A stretch of DNA of 57,583 nt, filler included, from Squatina squatina (Eukaryota): the NCBI GenBank assembly GCA_031763465.1. It is 3 parts of 3 records of this genome, joined end to end, with 100 filler letters (N's around TTAATTAATTAA, not from the genome) between each part and the next. Parts side by side here need not be neighbours in the genome. Positions count along the whole stretch, not along the records: positions 44,302 to 57,583 come from JARFOE010000100.1; 2 more parts are not named here. One strand, 5' to 3'. The translations under genes were made by a program, and so were the position numbers. Position 1 is the first letter of the stretch, and each line of letters begins with the position of its first letter. The notes below the pieces were generated by a model that worked only from the letters and a program-made list of their open reading frames with translations, had not been told where the DNA came from and ran no database searches. Below, piece by piece: positions 48,269 through 57,583 of the stretch.

Positions 48269-48776
48269 CTAAAGGAAAGGCGAGAAGTCACATTTAATCC
48301 CGGTACAGACAACTGGAATTCATGGTAAATAGACTAGTTTAGTGATCAAAATATTTGTGAAGTCTCTCAAAGAAACACTGGGTAATTTAAATTGCTGGAG
48401 CAGATGTTTTTACTTCGATGAGGTATACCGATACTTAGAAATCTATCTCAACAGCAAGGAAAACGTTTTTTTCTGAATTGGGAATATTGGTTGAATTTAC
48501 ATTACTGTGTGATTTAAGAGTTATCAATACTAGTGGAGAATTCACTAATGGCAAAAGAAACATTTTAATACCCGGTGATACGACTATTATATATCCTGGT
48601 GATAAGGATAAATGTATACAAACCATGTACTTTGGTTGACTTAGTAACTATTATGCCAAAATATTGCATCGCCAAGAAGGAAATCTGAACTAAAAATCTC
48701 ATCCTCACTTCATTGTGCACTTGTTCTGCACCTGGAGCACGTGAATAATTCATTACTCACAGGGACTGAAAATATA

Positions 48777-49900
48777 GGCCGAGAAATTCAATCGTACCTG
48801 AAAATTGGTGGGCATGGGGGCCAGGGCTACGTGAAATTGGTGCTGGGGCCTCATTACAAGCACTGTTTATTGACTGCATGCGTGTTTGGGGGTGCGGAAG
48901 AGATCAGGCTTCTCTGACGCCACTTGAAGGCAGTCAACACCTCTTAAAGGGCAGGTGCACTTTGGCTGCAGACAACAGGGAAACTTGAAAGAATGGCTGG
49001 AAGAGGTCCAGACAGGATACTCAGATCCTCTAATGCTGCGTTGGAGGCCCTAATCCAGGTGGTGAATAAGAGGAGGGTGATCCTGTTGGAAAGCCCTCCA
49101 GGCAACAACTCCGCAGCCAGTGGAAGAGGTTGCTGAGGAGGTTAAGGCCAGGTCAATGCCACTTCAGGAAGAGGTGGTCAGCCTTCCTGAAGAGGCACCA
49201 TCACTCGATCTGGCCCCAGACTAGCATCGTGCGTAATTTAGAGGCTAGGCTAGAAGATGGATCTTCTCGTAGTGAATCACCGGCTGCAAGTGTGCAGGAG
49301 TTAGGGTAGGGGGATATGACACCATAGGTGCCAGCTTGCCAGAGGGCAAGATCACATATGAGCTCTGCTGCAAAGGACTCAGATGCTCACTTTGAAGGCT
49401 CAGGCTGCTGAAGAAGGCCGATATGCATACACTAGGAAAGGCTAGGAGCACTAGATAGTCTGCGAGTGAGCTTGGGTGTAACGCTCACGAGCTCAGGGGA
49501 GTCCAGCTCCAACTTAAATTGGGGCTTCGTGCAGAGCATGGAGACCATTCTGTCCAACCTAGAATGAGTAGCCAGTTCCATGAACATGAACCTGGTGTCC
49601 AACATGATGGAGCTTAGGGGGGCTGGAAAATACATGGTAGGGGTGGAGGACGCACTTCTGAGGGCATAGCTGCATCATTTAAATCTGAGCTGCTCTTAAG
49701 GCAAAATGAGCAAGCTAAAGGAAAAGCTCAAAGGAACAAATAAAATTCTTCTGACTGTAAAAAGGCACAGGAGGGATGCCATAATGCACTAGGACCATGT
49801 GGAAGGTGGAGGCACAGGCATTGCGAAGCAACTCTCTAACAGAAAAAAGTACAAAAAGATGTTTAATGATCTCACATGGTCAGCAAGGGTAAGTGTGATG
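48777..49900 (+). mobile_element. Decayed Harbinger-type element(s) with Myb/SANT-like remnants
   Basis: Left end GGCCGAGAAATT, remnant SNAALEALIQVVNKRRVIL (~49030-49085) and KKMFNDLTWSAR|gtaagt (~49853-49895). Confidence 0.55.
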
Positions 49901-50596
49901 ACAGCAAGCTGCCATTATTCTATTGTAGACACGTTACAGACCAAAGACTGATAGTAACACTAAAAGTGCAGTCGCATACATAAGGGTAGAACCATATGAA
50001 GTAGATACACTGTAGAGACTCCCCCACATGGAAGAAGTCATTTATATGGCTGTAGAGTCTCATACAGCCAATAGCGTATTTTGAAGTGTAGACACTATTG
50101 TAATGTATGCAATGGCAGCAGCCAATTTAAGCATAGCGAGNNNNNNNNNNNNNNNNNNNNNNNNNNNNNNNNNNNNNNNNNNNNNNNNNNNNNNNNNNNN
50201 NNNNNNNNNNNNNNNNNNNNNNNNNNNNNNNNNNNNNNNNGCTCATTCCATTTGACTATATGTAGTGCTTCTGATTCCAAGACAAAACTTCTATTCAACA
50301 GAAATATGGGAACGGGCAAGCCAGGCTGGGAAGTAGCTCCTTAATACCTCAAGGTAATAAGTCAGTCAATCATTCAAAGAGTACATTTAAAAAGGGCTTT
50401 ACTCTTCACTCAAACATGGCAAAAATATTTTAAAAAACTTTTCAATCATCGAAAAGAACTAGGGCATGAAATTGGGATTGGCAGCCCTCATTGTTTGGGC
50501 ACCATTGGTGCCGTTTGGCATCCAATGCGCGCACAAATTTCTGTTGTGAATTTTGAAGTTGGGGTGTAGACTGCTTCATCCTCCTCCTGTACTCAC

Positions 50597-50767
50597 CTAA
50601 CGGATATTGTTCTGTCCCCTTTTCTGCGGTCCATCTCTCTCTGTGGGACAGGATACCAACGGAAGTTCAATTTCCAATTAAAGCCACCATATGTCATATC
50701 CGACCCAGCCATGTATTCAAACGTATCGTCACTAATTACGTCTATAATTGGGCAAACCACAGTTTTT
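50597..50767 (-). CDS. GALNT13: GALNT13 exon
   Basis: 171-bp exon [56 protein letters not shown](R). Confidence 0.9.
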
Positions 50768-50844
50768 CTGCGTAAGAAAAGAAACTTTTATTAAAGGCAA
50801 AGGTTTAACCCTTCTTACAACATGGTTTACTCACAATATGTCAT

Positions 50845-51157
50845 CTGTGGTTCACAGGGTAACACTCTTGCCTCTGAGTCAGAGTCAGAAGGTTGTGGGT
50901 TTAAGTGCCACTCCACGGACCTGAACACATAATCTAGACTGACACTCCAGCGCCACACTGAGGGAGTGCTGCAGTGTCGGAGGTGCCATCTTTCAGATGA
51001 GACGTTAAACCGAGGCCCAGTCTGCCCCCTCGGGTGGATGCAGAAGATCCCACGAGAATATTTAGAAGCCCTGGTGGCCTTGGCCAATAATTATCGCTCA
51101 ACCAACATCACTGAAACACATTATCTGGTCATTATCACATTGCTGTTTATGGAATCT
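50845..51157 (+). mobile_element. Deu-domain SINE copy
   Basis: Head ctgtggttcacagggtaacactcttgcctctgagtcag...gttaaaccgaggccc...gatcccac, homologous to the 28610 copy. Confidence 0.75.
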
Positions 51158-51966
51158 NNNNNNNNNNNNNNNNNNNNNNNNNNNNNNNNNNNNNNNNNNN
51201 NNNNNNNNNNNNNNNNNNNNNNNNNNNNNNNNNNNNNNNNNNNNNNNNNNNNNNNNNCATTAGCAAGTGGCACAAAATCCAGATGGTACAATAAGCCTTT
51301 AATCACACCTGCCAACATTAAATCTAGACTTCCTTAAATTAGCTTCTGCCCTCTGCATGGCACTTAGCATGGGGACCCATATAGAGCAGGCATAAACATG
51401 AATCAGTGACAATAATGGGAAATGGGACATACGATATTGCCTCACTAATATGAACATAGAAATGAGCAGATGCTTCTGAGAGCCATCAGAAAGGATGGTG
51501 GAAAATGGGGCAGCACTAAAGTGGGCAGAGATCCAGCATTACAGATCACTAACCCATTTGGAGTTGTTGTTTGTTCAGTTAGCACCACAAAATCTGTTCT
51601 GCTAGCTAGCAGAAAACCTATGTTAACCCGGCATGCATCATTATAACCATGAGATAAACTGAAGCAAATTAGATTCAATAAAGCACACACAGGGTTGATC
51701 ACTTTGCATGGTTGTCAAATTTTCATCCTAACCAAAGTTCAGCCAAGAGGGGAGCAAATGCTGATCTGTGTCCAATGCACACCGCAAATACCATCCTTCG
51801 CCTTTAATTAGCATCCAAAAGGGCTCAAATATAATAGGCTAAATAATAAGCTATCTGTCATATGAAGCTGACTTCAAATATTGAACTAAAATAGAAAATT
51901 TGTTTCCTTGTTACAATGATATTCTCATGACAATATTTACTGTTATGTAAAGGAAATTGATTTTAC

Positions 51967-52133
51967 CTCTTTCACTGTCATCGTCCACAAGGATGATCTC
52001 TGCAAGTACCTTTTTGGGTGAACGAATAAGTACACTGTGAATCGTACGAAGCAACGTGCTCCAGGCCTCATTATGAAAAACAATGACAACGCTTGTGTCT
52101 GGAAGATTATCTTGGTAGACTTTTGTCTTGCAT
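51967..52133 (-). CDS. GALNT13: GALNT13 exon (GT1 motif start)
   Basis: 167-bp exon [55 protein letters not shown]. Confidence 0.9.
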
Positions 52134-52562
52134 CTGTATGGAAAATGGAAAATAAAATTGTTATGAACTTTTGCTCATTTGGAAGAAAAATTATTTTGTA
52201 CAGAACCATGTCGTTCAAAGCATAGTAATTAGGCAACAGTCTAGTTTCAGGAACCTGAACAATTCAGGCTGTCTTCAAATTTTGTTAACACCCTTTGTAC
52301 CGTTTGTTAGTTTATGGAAGAAACATGCTTCCCATGCCTAATATTAAGATGAAAACATTCACTGCTGTTAAATGAACAAAGACAACTTATGTCGTGATTT
52401 CACTTTGGAGAGCTTCACGATATTTCTGGCAATCTTTTACATCCAAAATAGCCTTTGGCTGCNNNNNNNNNNNNNNNNNNNNNNNNNNNNNNNNNNNNNN
52501 NNNNNNNNNNNNNNNNNNNNNNNNNNNNNNNNNNNNNNNNNNNNNNNNNNNNNNNNNNNNNN

Positions 52563-52709
52563 CATTGGATCTGTCCAGAAATTTCAGGACAGATCGTAAA
52601 TGTCGGTTATGCGGGCTTACGATGTGTAGCCCCATAACCGGCTTTTGCAATGTCTCCCCGGGTGTGTGGGAACATCGTTCCCACCCGGGGAGATCACAAT
52701 TTCAGGGCC
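52563..52709 (-). mobile_element. Terminal arm of a hairpin-rich Harbinger-type MITE (same subfamily as 25396)
   Basis: The reverse complement reads att|GGCCCTGAAATTGTGATCTCCCCGGGTGGGAACGATGTTCCCACACACCCGGGGAGA..., colinear with 25396-25540. Confidence 0.8.
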
Positions 52710-54473
52710 AATAATTTCTAGGCTGAACTTACACTGAGCATTTGTTAATGGTTCATCACCCCGATTCTCTACACCGTGGGGTCTTTGGAGGGAGATTATA
52801 AGGGCGCTTTTAATGACTTTTGGTCCCAGTTCCCCAGGTTCAAAGCTCAGGGATAGGAGCAGAGACTCATTTTTCCAGGTTTCTGCACATTTTACATATA
52901 CGCAGAATTTCTGGGGCTTCTCGAAGAGGTTGGGATGCTTCAGTGGATGCAGGCCCATTGCAATCATTCAAATGAGGTGCCTCATTTTCTGGTGCCCAAA
53001 AACCATGGTGCTGTGGCCTACCCCCAAACTCCCATTGACCTAAGGCAGGCCAAGGACTTGAGAGTGAATATATTTTATTCAATTGCTACTCTCCCCTCCC
53101 CAGGATGTTGAAGTCAAATCAGAACCTTCTGGTTGCCGATCTCCATTGGCCACCCAAAAGTCCCAAACACTGAGGCCCAACATACAGCTTCAAGCCACAG
53201 ATGCTAGCAACTGCATTTGACTCTCACTCTCACCAGTGCTAGGCCATGTCGGAAGGCAGGCTAACACTATTGGTGCTCCTGGGTCATGTAAATCGCCCAA
53301 AATCGGAAATCCCGGTGCTCCTGGCCTTGGGCAGAAATATTGCTGGGGCAAGGGAGGGCACAGGAAAATTTGCTCTTAATGTTTCTAATGGGGAATCCTT
53401 ATTACAGAAATGGGCTTGAATGAAAACTAAGCAAAATTCAAAACCTGTGAATATTTGAATCAGTAGTCAAAGATACGTCAGTTTATATAGCATTTAACTT
53501 GACCTAAAAATGTGTCACTTTAGTATTCACCATCAGTTATGAGAAGGTGCTTCAGATGATGCATTCTGGTATCACTTCTTAAGTAATGACCTAGTTAACG
53601 AACGAGTCCACCATACGAGTTATTTTACATATTTGACTGGAAATAATTACTGAACTCATTTTACACAATAAATTGTTAATTTCATTTTTATTGCATACAC
53701 TTAATAAAATAGTACTTAATTACACTACAATAGGAAAATTAGGATTAATATAAAGCAGCCCACTCTCTATTTGCTTTTGAAACAACTCAATGCTTTGGAA
53801 GTCTCCAAAATTAGAAATTATCAGCATTAACCATAGGCTAGATTTGGCAGTTCTACTGAATTTTAGACAGTTAACAAAATATTTAGCACACTCAGCACAA
53901 AAATGACATGCCTAAACAATTCTTCATATGAATTAAACAATTGGAAAATCATACAATTGTGAAGTATTCTGTTGATGCATTGTAAATGACTGTACAATTC
54001 AATTAAAATCCCTGAATATTTCAATCACAACAGATGGAACCTGCCTATCACACAGACAAAAGGAAAACGGCAACTATTTCCCAATTCGACTCTAGACAGA
54101 AAATCCTAGCTTTGATGGCACCATGATTGAAAGATCTCCCACTGTGCATGTTGGAAAAGTAATTGCGCTGATTTCAGTTAAAATATCTGTGCTGTGGGAG
54201 ATTTAAATTAAAAAATGGATACAAGTAAGGATTACTTAATGCTTTTAGAAGGAGTTGAATTCCTGGTGGGCGAAGCTTTGTATACTTTAGGTCACCAGAT
54301 CACCAGATGCCTGTGAACATCTATTGAAACCTATAGAGAAAACATCAACAAGCACCATTACTCTGTAGGACTGNNNNNNNNNNNNNNNNNNNNNNNNNNN
54401 NNNNNNNNNNNNNNNNNNNNNNNNNNNNNNNNNNNNNNNNNNNNNNNNNNNNNNNNNNNNNNNNNNNNNNNNN

Positions 54474-54715
54474 ATGTCAAGCGCAGACACTCTCACCTCA
54501 CCTCTGGAATTCAGCTCTTTCATCCATGTTTGGACCAAGGCTGTTATGAGGTCTGAAGCCGAGTGGTCCTGGTCGAACCCAAACTGAGCATCGGTGAGCA
54601 GGTTATTGGTGAGTAAGTGCTGCTTGATTGCACTGTTGGCAAATCCTTCCATCACCTTGCTGATAATTGAGAGTAGGTTGATCGGACGGTAATTGGCCGG
54701 TTTAGATTTGTCCCT
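54474..54715 (-). mobile_element. CR1 LINE RT fragment
   Basis: DKSKPANYRPINLLSIISKVME...LLTDAQFGF...SASDLITALVQTW...EVRVSALD. Confidence 0.85.
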
Positions 54716-55597
54716 AGCAGAGACCGAGATCCACAAGTCTGTGAGCTTTCTACAGCTTCAGGGATCTTCTGTCCCATTTCCATCTTCAGTGCTGGTGACC
54801 TCCTCTTGATGGCAGGGATCCTGCCATGAACCAGTCCTATATGCCAAATGATCCCGACTCAGGATGATATGTCAGGCCCGGACATATACTCATATATAAA
54901 TCACTGACTTTGGAAAGGATGGAATTACTCTTCCTAAATTCAATGGCTTCCACCTTCCCATGTGCCCTTGTAATTATGCATTGCATTTCAAAATGCACAG
55001 TTTGCCAGGATCTAAGTGGAAGTGCTTGTCTTAAGATCAATACGAAAGGCATGAAAGGCTTGCTTTGACTAGGAAATGCAGTGTTCTCAAAATATGTGTC
55101 CTTTATTTCAAAGGAATTGAATAGTATTGCTTGACTTTAGCCCTCATATTTTCAGTTCAGCTAATCATATTTCTATATGGTGCTGAGAAAGAATTCCATA
55201 TGTTTTGCTTCTGTGTGAATTTATTTCTTGTAATAAATTTGACTGGTAGAGTAAGCTGAATTGTATGGTTTGGCAATGTGTTGTTTATTCACCTATCAAA
55301 GAGGACAGAAGCACTTTGTGGGCTACCCATGTGAAACACCATTGCCGAATATTTCATTAAAAAAAATTATTAATCCTGATGCACATTAATTTATCACTCT
55401 ATGAATAAGGTTAGAAGATTCCTATTAAAGGAAACACAGTTCTGCAGAGGGAAGCTGATTTTGATGTAAACATGAATGGCGTACATTTGGGGAGAGCCCA
55501 AATTATAACAGAAGATATAATCTGATTTGTGTTGTTGGCCATAGATCATTTGTTTCTTAACAGGAAGACAATACATTCAAAGTCAGAATCGACTTAC

Positions 55598-55766
55598 CCT
55601 TCCAATCTCACATCTGGCAGAGTTCTATTAAATGCAATGATGTCACTGGCCCTGAGATTAAACTGGTTGATTTTGAACAAGTCCCTCATTTTCTCCTGAT
55701 CTTCCTTAGGAATAATGACTGCCTTTCCCATCTCACCTGGACCTTCTTGTGCTCTAGACATGACAG
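55598..55766 (-). CDS. GALNT13: GALNT13 second coding exon (stem region)
   Basis: 169-bp exon (A)[55 protein letters not shown](G). Confidence 0.9.
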
Positions 55767-56587
55767 CTGGAATATAGAAACAATGTTATAGAATGGAATA
55801 CAGAATATAAACCGACATAACAATATCAACTCATTTTATTCAATCCAAAATATACTAAACTTTATTTGAAAAAATCCCATCAAACATCATTCCATATTTT
55901 TCATAGGATACTACATATATTTCACATCACTTGCAATTCATAACGAGACAGTAAAAATCTTAACTTCAGCAAAAACGTTGCACTGCAGGACATACTGCTT
56001 ACTTGATTTGCAAGGCCATTACAAGTGGGAACATGCCATGAATTAAAGATTCATGAGAACACCTGCCCACTGACTCCCACAGCTACCTAGAGTACATTTC
56101 CTCCCNNNNNNNNNNNNNNNNNNNNNNNNNNNNNNNNNNNNNNNNNNNNNNNNNNNNNNNNNNNNNNNNNNNNNNNNNNNNNNNNNNNNNNNNNNNNNNN
56201 NNNNNAGAATTAGTAAAATGGGCTTGTGCTTTCAAAGCCAAGCTTTTGATATCTAGTTTATATTGTAGAAATTTGCAGATGACTCACTCAGAACCTGGAC
56301 TGTGCAATCCAAAACTGGTAACCCTACTCCACACTTTTATCAAGCATTTTCTTTCTTTTCGCAATCAGACACTGGCTCTTTAACAATAAAGTTACTGGAA
56401 TTTTTGTAACAGTTGTCACCTCCTCTGCATCCCCAGCTATTTAGAATGCAGTATTCAGGTGTCAACCATGGCTCTAAGTTTTCAGCAATCACCACTGTGT
56501 TGAGACTAGTGCATGCTCAGATGCTTTTAAGTTGCAATTGTGACTTTTAAACAGCTACACTTATGCAAGCCGTGTCATGAAGGTATC

Positions 56588-56852
56588 AGCCGTGGCTCAG
56601 TGGGCAGCACTCTCACCTCTGAATCAGAAAGTTGTGGGTGAAAGTACTTCTCCCACTTGAGCACAAAATCTAAGCTGGCATTGTCGAAGGTGCAGTCTTT
56701 TGGATGAGGCTTTAGACCGAGGTCCCTGTCTGCCTTCTCAGGTGGATGTAAAAGGTCCCATGGCACTATTTTGAAGAAGAGCAGAGGAGTACTCCCCAAT
56801 ATCCAGGCCGATATTTAAGCCCTCAAACAACATCACTAAAAAAAACAGATTA
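56588..56852 (+). mobile_element. Deu-domain SINE copy (3'-truncated)
   Basis: agccgtggctcagtgggcagcactctcacctctgaatcag...ggtcccatggcactattttgaagaagagcag. Confidence 0.75.
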
Positions 56853-57083
56853 TCCCTCCTCCTTCAGAATGGTTTCCCCCAAACAGGTGTAATAACCAGA
56901 GCAAAGCAAACATTGTCTTCACTGGCTTCCACTTGGGTCGAGCAAACGCCGAGCTGCAAAGCACACTTCATTATCTGAATGAAAGCAACGGTAACTGCTC
57001 GCTGCCCTTTCCGAGCCTGTGTTCACATCCAGAGTCGGGGGATCGCCACTTCAGGCATTTGGATTGGTGAGTGCACCGGCTGA

Positions 57084-57464
<381 letters not shown>

Positions 57465-57583
57465 TAGCGACCACCAAAAGTCATGGTAGCGTTTCCGATT
57501 CCTGAGAACGGCTTTGCCATTAACTCCAGTCGGCGTGCCCTGCACTAACCCCAGAGAAATGAAGGGACCTTGGTGTACATGTC

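Overview
Vertebrate genomic DNA, not prokaryotic. The Deu-domain SINEs, CR1/L2/Penelope fragments and gene sequences suggest a cartilaginous fish (inference). The assembly is a fragmented draft with many 10-N and 100-N gaps. Two artificial spacers (44 N + TTAATTAATTAA + 44 N, at 16715-16814 and 44202-44301) split the window into three unrelated blocks. Block 1 holds nine minus-strand exons of a DNAH5/DNAH8-family axonemal dynein heavy chain. Block 2 holds FUCA1 exons (4-5-6 placed before 1-2), an orphan BED-like zinc-finger ORF, an unassigned possible receptor N-terminal exon, and AKIRIN1 exons 1-2. Block 3 holds five minus-strand GALNT13 exons and a complete single-exon RPRM. The most unusual signal is a family of PIF/Harbinger-type non-autonomous elements whose subterminal regions carry about five hairpins at matching offsets with compensatory base changes. 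Hammerhead-ribozyme-like cores occur in inverted Penelope termini. Family assignments come from recalled sequences, not database searches.
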